A stretch of DNA of 64,000 nt from the human T2T-CHM13v2.0 reference genome, Homo sapiens. The DNA lies in the NCBI RefSeq assembly GCF_009914755.1, contig NC_060941.1, one strand, 5' to 3'. Under the pieces are notes generated by a model that did no database searches, was not told the origin of the DNA, and was given only the letters and a program-made list of their open reading frames with translations. Position 1 is the stretch's first letter, and every line of letters begins with the position of its first letter. A program made the translations under genes and the position numbers. This document shows, piece by piece, positions 18,573 through 32,520 of this stretch.

Positions 18573-21500
18573 AGAGAAGGAAGCAGAGCAAGATGGCTGA
18601 ATAAAAGTCTCCACTGATCATCCTCCCTGCAGGAACACCAAATTGGACACCTATCTACACACAAAAAGCACCTTCATAAGAACCAAACTTAGGTAAGTAA
18701 TCACAGTACCTGGCTGTAACTTTGTATCACTGAAAGAGGCACTGAAGAGAGTTGGAAAGACAATCTTAAATTGCCAACACCACCCCTCCCCTATCTCTTG
18801 GCAGTGGCTGCATGGAGCGGAAAGAAAATGTGGGCGGGGGGAGGGAAAGTGCAGTGATTGGGTGACTTGCACTGGAACTCTGTGCTGCCAACACTGGGCA
18901 GAACTCAACCAGCGCCCACAAAGGGAGCATTTAGACCTGCCCTGGCCAGAGAAGAATTATCTGTGCCAGGAGTTGGAATGTTAATTCTGGCAAGCCTTGC
19001 CACCATGGGCTAAATTGCTCTGGCTAAATTGTTCTAAATAAACTTGGAAGGCAGTCTAGGCCACAAAGACTGCACTTACTAGGCAAGTTCTAGTGCTGTG
19101 AACTGGTGGGCAACACGCAACCTAGTGAGACATCAGCTGGGGCAGCCAAGGGAGTGCTTATGTTACGCTTCCCCCAACCCCATGTGTCACAGCTTGCAGC
19201 TCTGAAAGAGACCCCTTCTTTTCACTTGAAAAGAGAGGTATTAAAAAAAAAAAAAAACTTTGTCTTACAAGTTGGATGCTAAATAGCTCAGCCACAGTAG
19301 GAAGCCACAGTAAGGCACTGGGGAGGGTTGTGAGGCTCCCATTCCAGGGCGTAGCTCCAGGATATTTCCAGATACACCCTGGAGCTGAAAGGAATCCACT
19401 ACCTTGAAGGGAAGGACCCAGTCCTGGCAGGATTCATTACCTGTTGACTAAAGAGCCCCGGGGAGCTGAATAACCAGCAGCCATAATCAGGTAGCACATG
19501 CTATAGGCCTTGGGTGAGACTCTGAGACATACTGGCTTCAGGTGTGACCCGGCACATTCCCAGATATGATAGCTACAAGAACAGGCCCCCTTGCTTGAGA
19601 AAAACAGAGAGAGGAGTAAAGAGGACTTTGTCTTGAACTTAGCAGCTCAACTACAGTAGAGAAGAGCACCAAGTGGGCATTGGGGTCCCCCGTTCCAGGC
19701 CTTGGCTCTTGTACAGCATCTCTGGACCTACCTTGGGCCAGAGGGGAGCCCACTGCCCTAAAGAGTGAGTCCCAGGCCTGGCAGCATTCACCACAAGCTG
19801 ACCAAAGAGCCCTTAGGCCTTAAGTGAACATTGGAGGTACCCTGGCAGTACTCCTTATGGACCTGTGGTGGTGGTGGTGAACATGAGGAGAGACTCCTCT
19901 ACATAGGGAAAGGGAAGGAAAGGATGGAAAAAACTTCATTTTGTGGCTTGGGTGCCAGCTCAGCCACAGTGGAACAGAGCAACAGGTATATTACTAAGGT
20001 TTCTGACTCCAGACCCTGGCTCCTGGACAGTATCTCTGGACCTGCCTAAGGCCTGGAAGAATTTGCTGCCCTTAAGGGAAGGACATAAGCCTGGTTGGTT
20101 TTACCACATGCTAATTGTAGAGCCCTAGGGCCTTGAGTGAACATAGCCAGTAGTCAGCTAGTGGTTCCAGTTGGTGCTGCTTTTAGGTCCAACCCAGTTC
20201 AGTCCCAGTAGTGGTGGCCACGGGGGTAGTTGTGTAACCTCTCTTCCAGCTCCAGGCATCTCAGCACAGAGAGAGATAATCTGTTTGTTTGGGACAAAGT
20301 AAGAAAAAAGAACAAGAGTTTCTGCCTGGTAGTCCAGAGAATTCTTCTGGATTTTATCCAAGACCACCAAAGTGGTACACAGAAAACCACAGAATAACAT
20401 TGTAATTGTGGTGTGTAAACTATGCATAAGTTACGTAGAAAGACAAAAAGATGAACTGATCCAAATATCTGCAACAACTTTTGAAGACATAGATAGTACA
20501 ATAAAATATAAACAGAAACAACAGAAAGTTAAAAAGTGGGGAGATGAAGTTAAAATGTAGAAGTTTTATCAGTTTTCTCTTTGTTTGTTTATGTAATCAG
20601 CATTAAATTGTAATCAATTTTTTTAAAATGGGTTATAAGACACTATCTGCAACCCTCATGGTAACCTCAAATCTAAAAACACACAACAGATACACAAAAA
20701 ATAAAAAGCAAGAAATTAAATCATACCACTAGAGAAAATAATCTTCACCAAAAGGAAGATAGGAAGGAAGGAAGGAAAGAAAGAAGAGAAGACCACAAAA
20801 CAACCAGAAAACAAATAACAAAATGGCAGGAGTAAGTCCTTACTTATTAATAATAACATTAAATGTAAACAGACTAAAGTCTCCAATCAAAAGACATAAA
20901 ACGTGGCTAAAAGGATGAAGGAGCAAGACCTGATGATCCGTTGCCTACAAGAAACACACGTCACCTATAAAGGCACACAAAGACTGAAAACAAAAGGGAT
21001 GCAAAGAGATACTCCAAGCAAATGAAAACCAAAAAAGAGCAGGAGTGGCTATACTAATATCAGACAAAATAAATTTCAAGACAAAAACCATAAAAAAAGA
21101 GACAGAGGGAGTTATTATATAGTGATAAAGGGGTCAATTTAACAAGAAGATATAACAATTATAAATATATAGGCACCCAACACTAGAGCACCCAGATATA
21201 TAAAGCCAATATCATTAGAGCTAAAGAGAGAGATAGACTCCAACAGGATAACAGCTGGATAATTTAACACCCCACTTTCAGACCCTGAAACAGATCATCC
21301 AGACAGAAAATCAACATAGGAACATCAGACTTAATCTGCACTATAGACCAATTGGATCTACTAGATATTTACAAAACATTTAATCCAACAGCTGCAAAAT
21401 ACACATTTTTCTCCTCAGCACATAGATCATTCTCAAGGATATATCAGATGTTAAGCCACAAAACAAGTCTTAAAACATTCAAAAAATTGAAATAGTATCA

Positions 21501-21920
21501 AGTATATTCTCTGAACACAATGGAATAAAACTAGAAGTCAATAACAAGAGGAATTTTGGAAACTCCACAAACACATGGAATGTAAACAATATGCTCCTGA
21601 ACAACTGGTTGGTCAATGAAGAGATTAAAAGGGAAACTGAAAAATTTCTTGAAACAAATTATGATGGAAACACAATATACCAAAAGCTATGGGTTACAGC
21701 AAAAGCAGTTCTAAGAGGTTAATGTATATAGCTCTAAGTGCCTACATCAAAAAAGAAGCAAACCTTCAAATAAACAACCTGAAAATAAATGCTTGAAACA
21801 ATGGATATCCCATTTACTTTGATGTAGTTATTACACATTACATGACTGCATCAAAATATCTCATGTAACCCATAAAAATACACACCTATTATGTACTCAC
21901 AAAAATTAAAAATTAAAAAA
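18573..21920 (+). mobile_element. Internally deleted L1MA-type element retaining 5'UTR, inter-ORF/EN region and 3' end, inserted into ERVL/MLT internal sequence
   Basis: 5' CAAGATGGCTGAATA, ORF2 EN homology at 20820-21780, 3' tail; TSD-like AAGAAG(T/C)CTA at ~18563 and ~21922. Confidence 0.7.
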
Positions 21921-22568
21921 TAAGAAGCCTACAGTTAATGAAGTTGAAATGCCAGAAATTCTCTGGAATGACAGGAAGGAGTCCAGAGACTCAGGGAAGT
22001 GGATCTGTTGGAATGGATCTAGTCTATCTGTTGGATCTGTTGGAATGGATCTAGTCTATGTGCAAGCTGCTGGGAGGCCCAGGGGGACACTCCCTTCAAT
22101 CCAGGTATTAGGAAATGTTTTGATGAGTTGTGGGAGGAGGGCAGGATGCTTAAGAGCTCTGTAGTGGCTATTCTTTATAGATCAGTGATGACAGTGGGAC
22201 ATGATATAATCCCATAGTTCTCAAACTTTTGTGTATTTCAGGATCACCTAATGGGCTTGTTAAAGCAGTCTGCCATGCTACTACTGGTGGTAATTAAAGT
22301 AATCATGATATGTTGACAGATCCTATTCCTGTGCCCCTTTCCATGGTGCACCTAAAACATACGAGCAATCCAATCCCAGAATCCCATTTGGAAGTTCTAT
22401 TTTATGGGGCCAATTCAATGTCAGTAAGTGTCCCAGCAAGAAATAGATAACACTTAAAATGGAAGACTTGGAGAAAGGTTTAGTAAAGAAGCTATTTACA
22501 AAGATGTAAGTGGGTGAAAAGAGACCACAGGGGTGTTTGGTACCATGAGGCTATTAAGAACATGGTTA

Positions 22569-23322
22569 GACTGCAAAAAATTTCTCCGGTTCTGTAGGAT
22601 ATCTGTTCACTCTGATGATAGTTTCTTTTGCTGTACAGAAGCTCTTTAGTTTAATTATATCCCATTTGCCAATTTTTGCTTTTGTTGCAATTGCTTTTGA
22701 CATTTTCATCATGAAATCTTTTCCTGTGCCTATGTTTTGAATGGTATTGCCTAGAGTTTCTTCTAGGGTCTTTATAGTTTTGGGTTTTACATTTAAGTCT
22801 TTAATCCATCTTGATTTCATTTTTGTATGAGGTGTAAGGAAGGGGTCCAGTTTCAGTGTTCTGCATACGGCTAGCCAGTTTTCCCAGCACCACTTATTAA
22901 ATAGGGAATCCTTTCTCCATTGCTTATTTTTGTCAGGTTTGTCAAAGATCAGATGGTTGTAGATGTGTAGTCTTATTTCTGAGATCTCTATTCTGTTCCA
23001 TTGGTCTGTGTGTCTGTTTTTGTACCAGTACCATACTGTTTTGGTTACTGTAGCCTTGTAGTATAGTTTGAAGTCAGGTAGCATGATACCTCCAGCTGTG
23101 TTCTTTTTGTTTAAGATTGTCTTGGCTATTCCACTGCGGCCTCTCAGGGAGTGAGGGAAAGGGAGAGCGTCAGGATAAATAGCTAATGTGGATGGAGCTT
23201 AATACTTGGGTGAGGGGTTGATAGGTGCAGCAAACCACCATGGCACATGTTTACCTATGTAACAGACCTGCACATCCTGCGCATGTATCCCAAAATTTAA
23301 AATAAAATAAAAATTTTTTAAA
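22569..23322. mobile_element. 5'-inverted (twin-primed) L1PA
   Basis: Minus-strand ORF2 segment 22569-23130 joined to plus-strand 3'UTR 23131-23322; TSD AAGAACATGGTTA at 22556-22568 and 23323-23335. Confidence 0.9.
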
Positions 23323-23867
23323 AAGAACATGGTTATATTCCTAAATCTAAAAAGGAAAAACAGGGGATAGCTCAGCAAACCTGGATAGGAGAGTCATGGA
23401 GAAACCACCTTGAAAGAAGTTAAAACCATTAGTTGAGGGATGTATCCAGGTTGAGGAACACAGGGAGACAACAGAGGAGAAGAACCTCAACTTAACTCTT
23501 CTCCCTGCTCTAATGTCCTCAGAAGCTCCCTTGTGCCTAAACCCAGTCAGAAGCTAGAAGGTCAGCAACCTCACTGATGTAACCCACCAAGATTGGCTTC
23601 CTAGGGCAGAGAATAGAATGGAAAAGAATGGAATGTGTGTCTGAAGGGACAAGCTTATAATATCCTTTTCTCAGGTGAGTCTTGACACATTTTTGTGTCA
23701 AAGTTAGGTAGGTCTCAAAATGAATTGAGTGGTGTACAATCTTTTGATATTCTCTGGAAGAGATTGCACAAGATTGAAATGACCACTTCCTTCAGTGCTT
23801 GGAGGAATTAGCTGTTTGTGCCCTTTGAGCCCAGAGAATGTTTTGTGGGAAGATTTTCAATTCCTGA

Positions 23868-24482
<615 letters not shown>

Positions 24483-25308
24483 TAGTGGAATGCAGAGGGA
24501 TGAGTATTCCAGGAAGGCACAAAAACTGTGCCAAGTCTTGGAGCTAGGGATGAGTGGGAAAGGGACATGTTCAACCATTTTAAGCCATTCCCTCCCCACC
24601 TCCCAGCTCCCAGATATGTGCCCCTCGCAGGAGGAGCCCAGGAATGGGCCAAACACCTCACTTCTTTGCTCTGAGGGCCACCCCAGCCCTCCCATCAACA
24701 GCTCTAGAAACTCAATGGTCCTTCCTGGAAACACGGGGCCTGCATCAATCAGAGGTGTTTGAACCATGTCCCTCTGGGCCTGAGGGGCAGAAGGGGACAC
24801 AATATGTAATGTAAGGAGCCCCTGTCATCAGAAATCTGACTTAATCTGTTTCAGATATTAGACTTCCACATAAAAGTTGACTTGGAAAAAGACTTCTGCT
24901 GCTAAACAAAAGTTGAAACTGCCTTGGTGATAAAATATAAGCAGACCAGCTTTCTCTTCTAGCTTTCCCTCTCATTTCCCATAAGATTTTGGTCAAGTTA
25001 TTTAATCTCTCTGCATCCGTTTCCTCTTCTATGAAATGGGCATGATAATAATGGTATGTACCTCCTCAAACTAAATATATAACGTGAACAGAGTCCTTAG
25101 CACAGCACTCTTTCTCTACAGGAGTTAATTTTCATTGTTTTTCTCTTTCCTGTTGGAGAAAGTAAGAAGAAAACAGCTCCTTTATGGCTTCCCATGGTGA
25201 ATGGCTGGGGCGCGTCTGTGTCCCTTTCTCCTCTCTGGCTCCTTGTGGCCTGAACAGCCAGAAGGAAGCCATGCCATGCTGTTTCAGCCCTCAGCTTCCC
25301 TCTTGCAT

Positions 25309-25317
25309 TTCCTAGAA
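25309..25317. promoter_or_regulatory. GAS/STAT element in CCL13 proximal promoter
   Basis: TTCCTAGAA (TTC-N3-GAA) about 120 bp upstream of the TATA box; further copies TTCCAGGAA 24507-24515 and TTCCTGGAA 24722-24730. Confidence 0.6.
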
Positions 25318-25431
25318 AAGTCTTTGGTGCCCAGCTCCAGCTCAGCAGATTCAGGATCCCCCTTCATCATGACTTGGTCAACGCCCTGCTCAGGCCAAGG
25401 TCCTCTGAGAGTTCCAAGCTTCTCCACTCCC

Positions 25432-25438
25432 TATAAAA
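25432..25438 (+). promoter_or_regulatory. CCL13 TATA box
   Basis: TATAAAA 72-78 nt upstream of the ATG. Confidence 0.9.
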
Positions 25439-25509
25439 GGCCGGCGGAACAGCCAGAGGAGCAGAGAGGCAAAGAAACATTGTGAAATCTCCAACTCTTA
25501 ACCTTCAAC

Positions 25510-27114
<1,605 letters not shown>

Positions 27115-27568
27115 ACTCTGCTACCCCTACTGAAATCAAGCTGGAGTACGTGAAATGACTTTTCCATTCTCCTCTGGCCTCCTCTTCTATGCTTTGGAAT
27201 ACTTCTACCATAATTTTCAAATAGGATGCATTCGGTTTTGTGATTCAAAATGTACTATGTGTTAAGTAATATTGGCTATTATTTGACTTGTTGCTGGTTT
27301 GGAGTTTATTTGAGTATTGCTGATCTTTTCTAAAGCAAGGCCTTGAGCAAGTAGGTTGCTGTCTCTAAGCCCCCTTCCCTTCCACTATGAGCTGCTGGCA
27401 GTGGGTTTGTATTCGGTTCCCAGGGGTTGAGAGCATGCCTGTGGGAGTCATGGACATGAAGGGATGCTGCAATGTAGGAAGGAGAGCTCTTTGTGAATGT
27501 GAGGTGTTGCTAAATATGTTATTGTGGAAAGATGAATGCAATAGTAGGACTGCTGACATTTTGCAGAA

Positions 27569-27610
27569 AATACATTTTATTTAAAATCTCCTACACAGTG
27601 GTGTTTTCTT
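27569..27610 (+). terminator. Probable CCL13 polyadenylation region (variant AATACA plus GU-rich downstream element)
   Basis: AATACA at 27569-27574 followed by GTGGTGTTTTCTT at ~27598-27610; no plus-strand AATAAA seen in the 3'UTR. Confidence 0.55.
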
Positions 27611-29541
27611 CAGGAGTAACTGCCAACCAGTAGGGGCTCTCAGAGGTGTGGGTGGATGGCATGCCAGTGGAAGGCAGATGTACAGAGGCCCTGGCCATGG
27701 GGCTAGCCTGGCTCATCTGAGTTTCAAGGAGGGCCTGCCTCACCAGCCCAGGCTGTTCTGGAACAATGGCTCCAGTCCCCAGCATGGGCGCTCCTGGCTC
27801 GCAACTCATCCGTTTCATATTCAGTTCATTTCTTTCTTTAAAACCACACTCCTGCCAAAAGTAAACCCATCCCTCCCCCTCTAGTCTCCCACCCCAATCT
27901 ATGCCTCCCCACTCCAAGCAGCAAGTGATTCAGACTTCATGTGCACCTGACACTCAGAGGGAAACCAGATGACCAAGTCCTAGTGAGCCTCAGGATTGGT
28001 AGGGAAGAGGGTGCTTGGGCCTAATGGACTTTAGAGGATGGGGAAGTGTGGTCATAGCAAAGATTCTTTTAGGGGAGGTCCAAGATAGCAATGTGGGGAG
28101 AGGGCCTGGGGGGAATATCCCCAAACGGTCAGATATGGGCTTCCAGAATGTAAAAGTTGGAGACATGTAGAAAGGAAAGTTGAGGGCAGGTTCTAGAGGA
28201 ATTAGAATATCAGGGTGGGGAGTTTAGACTCAGTTCTGAAGGCAGGAGGAAGGTGCAAAGGTTTTTGAGTCATCCAGAGGGAAGAATGGATGCCAGGAAG
28301 ACTAGCTATTGGCTGTGGATAAGATGGAGTTGAGAAGGGAGGGCGGAAAACAGCCTACTGCAATAGTCCAAGCAAGAGAAAATAGGGGCTGAAGAAGGGC
28401 AGTCATGGGGGTGGAGAAGAGGAGGCAGATTAAGAAGACTGGGCCAGATGTGTGACATGTTGAATGGGGAATGAGGGAAACACAGCGTGAGACCTTTGCC
28501 CTCTAAAAGTGATCTTTAAAGGCGTGCCAACCCCAAGACCTAGAAATACTTCCTTCCTTGGCTATTCTTCCTTGAATCACACGTTGTACAAATTGAAGCT
28601 TGTGATTGTCCCTTTTAAAGCGTTGGCCCTCCTCTTCCTATATGTCCACCAAGGGTTTATCCTGCTCTTCCCAAGACAGCCTCACTCCTCCAGATAAGCT
28701 GGGTGGGCATCTCAATCAGACCCAGAACCTACCCATGCCTGGACACCCACTGAGATCTTCCTCAAGAAGAGATGGGCACTGCTGACAACAGCAGGGCCTG
28801 TCCCCCAGATCTGGTACCACACTGCATCAGGCAGTACACTTGGCAATGTGGGACACCTGGAGGAGTTGTCCTAGGAGGCAACAGCTCTAGGCTCTAATGC
28901 CAGATCTGCCCCTGAATTGCTGCATCTCTCTTTAGCCCTCAGTCACCTCATCTATAAAATGGGTTTAGCAACATTTTACAGGCAGACAACCTCACATGAT
29001 CCCCTCCAGCTAGGGCAGTTGTGATTTGGTGATAACATCACCCCCCAAGCCCTCTGGGCAGGGCAGGGAGAAGAAGAGTCCTGCACCCAAATGTGGATCC
29101 AGCTGTGAACCCCAGCTTTCTGTTCCACTGTACCACTCCTGGCAGCCAAATCTGGAGGCAGAGAATCTGCACCACCACCCTGACTCAAAGCGTACACCCC
29201 AGGACAAAGGCAGTCACTGAGAGCTAGTGAGTCACTTATTAGCCCAGTTCCCCTGGCACCAGGTGCAACATGTCTCCCTCCTCCTGACCCATCCTTCAGC
29301 CCCTGGCTCCCACCTCTCAATGCCAATCAAGTTTTCACTCTGAAATCCAAGAGACCCAGAGGGTTGGGGGTTGATGATTGTATAATTTAAATGTTTAAAG
29401 TGCAACAACATAGCTTATCAAGACCAAGCAGATCCTCTGTGACCTAGCAAAAGCAGGGCAGAAGGAATGGTGTAGGGCTGGTAGTTTCGGGGACAGGTGA
29501 AGCCATGTGGTTTCCAGAGCCCACAATGGAAAGAAATCTGC

Positions 29542-29644
29542 TCATTTTCTTTTTGACGGGCAGTGCCTCAGCATTTTTCTGTGCCTCTGAACCCATCCAA
29601 CTGTGTCCAAGGCGCAGGCCTCTTTGCCTCTCTTCAGCTTGAAT
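29542..29644 (-). CDS. CCL1: CCL1 coding exon 3
   Basis: Acceptor cacag|A; TGA at 29544-29542; 103 nt. Confidence 0.98.
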
Positions 29645-32125
29645 CTGTGAACAGAGAATAAGAGAGAAGGCTGAGCCACCCAAGCCACCACTGGGTGGGC
29701 AACGCACAAGCCCCGCCTCCTCCGGCTGCCAGGTCCCCTAAACTGCTCTTGCTAGGCCTTGGGCTCCCCTCTGTAAATGAAGTTGCTGCACAGGATGTGT
29801 GGTTTGCACGCTGGGGAACAGCCAAAGCACCAGGAGCTTATGAATTGAATTTCCTGGACCCCTCTCCTGGTTTCAATTTGGTGTATCAGGGTGGGGCTGA
29901 ACAGCCTGAAAACATTCTGACGATTAGGTGAGATGAGAAATTCCCATCCTGGAATAGCTCTTTGCACCAACTTTAATGTTTCTGTGTCCATCTGGGGCCT
30001 TACTTGTTGCGTTGGACTCATGTGTTTGTGTGTGTGTGTGTGCGCGCGCCTTGTGTGTGTGTGTGGGTGTGTATTTTTCTCTTCTGATCTGTCTACTTCC
30101 TAAACTGGACTATTGTCCAATCTATAGACCAACTCTATCTCTTACTATCTGGTTGATCTTAGACAAATATCTCTACCTTCCTGAACCTCACTTTTCATGA
30201 TAACAAAAATATGTGCCCCAAGAGGATCGACAGAGAGAATATACATGAAAAAGCCTTAAAATACTGACTGGTATGTGAAAGCTACTCCAATTAAGTTTGT
30301 AAAGACCCTGTGATGCAGCTATGTTTATGACCCTTCACAGATAAGGAATACAGAAGGATACACAGACAATTCAGTACAAAGGAGTTACCTGTCCACGGTC
30401 ACCCAAGACTATGGGTTCCAAATCCAGGGGCAGGAACTCATCCTGGTTCCCTTGCTCTTTCCAGTGCACAATAACCCCTCATGCTTTTGTTAAACCTCTG
30501 AGCTCATAATGCTGGGATACAATACTTGGCACCTTGGAGTTTCAGGAAACACAAGCCACTGCAGGAGCACAGATGCATCCTTCCTCACACCTGCTAGGAA
30601 GCTCAGCGCTCCCTCTAGCGCCCAAGTGTGGCTTGCACCCAGGTGCTGGCAGCTCTGGGTTTAGAAACCTTATTCCGGTAAAATACTGTCATCTAGTGTC
30701 TACTCTTGTAATTCCAGGCTGGCGGGGTTCTGTTCTCTAGGGAGAGATTGAGCAGGTGATCACTTACATTAAGCCCTCATTGGAGCAGATGGAGCTGGTA
30801 TTTCTGTAACACAGGATTGCCCTCAGGGGAATCTCTTGCTCCGCAAATGAGAAGCAACATCTGGAGAAGGGTACCTGCACTAGAAGAGGAACACAGACGA
30901 TGGTTTGCATCCATTTCTCAACCTCTCACCTGTAGCACAATTTTTAAAAAACAAACAAAAAAACGCCTCCCAGGACAAGCCCTGGCTTGGGGACCACATC
31001 CAGACGGTGCCGGCATAGCTCTGCCTCATCAGCCACCTTGTTCTGGGGCTAGGTAAAGAGTCAGAAGATTGGGGTTCAGATCTGAGCTCCCCGCACCCCA
31101 GCTGAGTGGCCCTGAGGAAGATGTGCCTTCACCCTGGCCCCAGACTTCCCATCTGTAAAATAAAACTTTTTGGAGCCTGGTTTCTAAAGGCTCATCCAGT
31201 TTTGGTATTTCACCACATGTGCATGGTTCTGCCCCAGTATTCATGTCCAAGGGCTCTGGACCCCACACCCTGGGGACCTGGTTAGTCTGATGCAGGACAC
31301 AGTGGTCCACAGTTCACAGACCTGATCTGGGGAAGATTAGGAATTGTTCGAGGAGTCCAAACTGATGAGATGACAAGGGAAGAGCTCCCAGGAACTAGCT
31401 AGCTGCCCTACTCAGTCTCTTGAATCCCCTCCTGCCCTGGTCCTTAGCTCTTTCCCAGCCCCCAACCCCCACTCTGTCCATTTGTGCATTCTCCTCCCAC
31501 ACCACATCCCGCAAGAGACCTGCATTCCAATCCCAGCTTCTTCCTCCTAGTTTTTCTGTTTGCACCCCCTTTCATGCCTCTTACTAGGTTGGTATTCTCC
31601 AAACAGTCTTGGAGGGCAGACATCATCAACTCCATTTCACTGATAGAGAAAGTAGAGTTTGAGAGCTAAAGTGACTTGCCCAAGAGTGACCAATTGTTAG
31701 AGCCCGGTCTTGCCTTCTGACTCTACTTGGTGTCTGTCACACTGTAGAAGCTACACCCAGGCTGTCCCCTGGACCTTGGGCCTCCCAGCTTTACCCGAGT
31801 AACCTCACAGGTTCCCTTCCTTGGGTCTTGTACTGAAGCTGTCAGTTCAGTTCTCTGTGTTTGCCCCAACTCATGGTTCTCCTACTAGCCCTCACCCCAG
31901 CCTGTCCAAGTTCACCATTCCTCCTCTTTAGGTAGGAAGAGGGGAGATAGAGTTGGTGAGTTCAAGGAGAAGCCTGCTCCAACCCCAGAGTGGCTGACCA
32001 CGTTTCTGCCCTCCCCAGAGAGAAGCAAAATGATGCCTGCCACACTCACTGCTCTTGCTGTCCACATCTTCCGGCCACATCCCAGCTAGCAGCAAGCACA
32101 CCAGGGCTGTGGTGATGATCTGCAT
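29542..32125 (-). CDS. CCL1: C-C motif chemokine 1 (I-309), spliced CDS complement(join(29542-29644,30768-30879,32050-32125))
   Basis: 291 nt = 96 aa: MQIITTALVCLLLAGMWPEDVDSKSMQVPFSRCCFSFAEQEIPLRAILCYRNTSSICSNEGLIFKLKRGKEACALDTVGWVQRHRKMLRHCPSKRK*. It has six mature Cys, an N-glycan sequon NTS, and GT-AG introns. Confidence 0.99.
30021..30072. repeat. (TG)n(CG)n microsatellite in CCL1 intron 2
   Basis: Direct reading. Confidence 0.92.
30768..30879 (-). CDS. CCL1: CCL1 coding exon 2
   Basis: Acceptor ttctag|TG and donor AT|gtaagt; 112 nt. Confidence 0.98.
32050..32125 (-). CDS. CCL1: CCL1 coding exon 1
   Basis: ATG at 32125; donor A|gtgagt; 76 nt. Confidence 0.98.
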
Positions 32126-32219
32126 GTCTTCTGGTCTGGCTTGGGCCTTCCTGGAGCAGCTTTGATGAGCCTGGTGAAGCTAAGAGCTCACCACTGTGCC
32201 GTCCTGCAATGCTGAGGGC

Positions 32220-32520
32220 TTTTATTTGAAAAACTCCACCCAAAACTCCAGGCCATGGTGGGAGCCACAAGTGGGAAGCCATAGGGACAGGGAACAGTTG
32301 CTCACACCCAGCGACCATGTGGTAAACTCCTTTCCCCACCTCTCCTGGCTGGTATTCGTGGTGGTGATGGATTGATAGGTTGCATTGGGAACTTCCCCAA
32401 GTGTGGGAGCAGATAAGAATCTTGAAAAAGTGCGTGGGAACTGTCCTGGTTGAGTGGGAAGCAAAGAAAAGTAAGTGAGAGGAAGTGGCCTCTGTGTGGC
32501 TTGTCCAACCCTACGTCATT
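32220..32520 (-). promoter_or_regulatory. CCL1 proximal promoter
   Basis: TATA-like AATAAAA (minus strand, 32220-32226), RUNX TGTGGT 32318-32323, kB GGGAACTTCC 32387-32396, GATA AGATAA 32411-32416, XRE core GCGTG 32432-32436, ETS GAGGAAGT 32479-32486, half-CRE TGACG (minus) ~32514-32518. Confidence 0.75.

Noticed and set aside
19008-19035. 14 bp tandem duplication GGCTAAATTG(C/T)TCT
   Set aside because: Routine slippage inside an L1 5'UTR.
22566-23084. 172 aa ORF as a domesticated gene
   Set aside because: It is an ordinary L1 ORF2 fragment inside a TSD-bounded inverted L1, with no promoter or splice evidence.
31928-32125. 65 aa ORF starting at the CCL1 ATG
   Set aside because: This is exon 1 reading through a strong donor (A|gtgagt) into intron 1; there is no evidence for a separate product.
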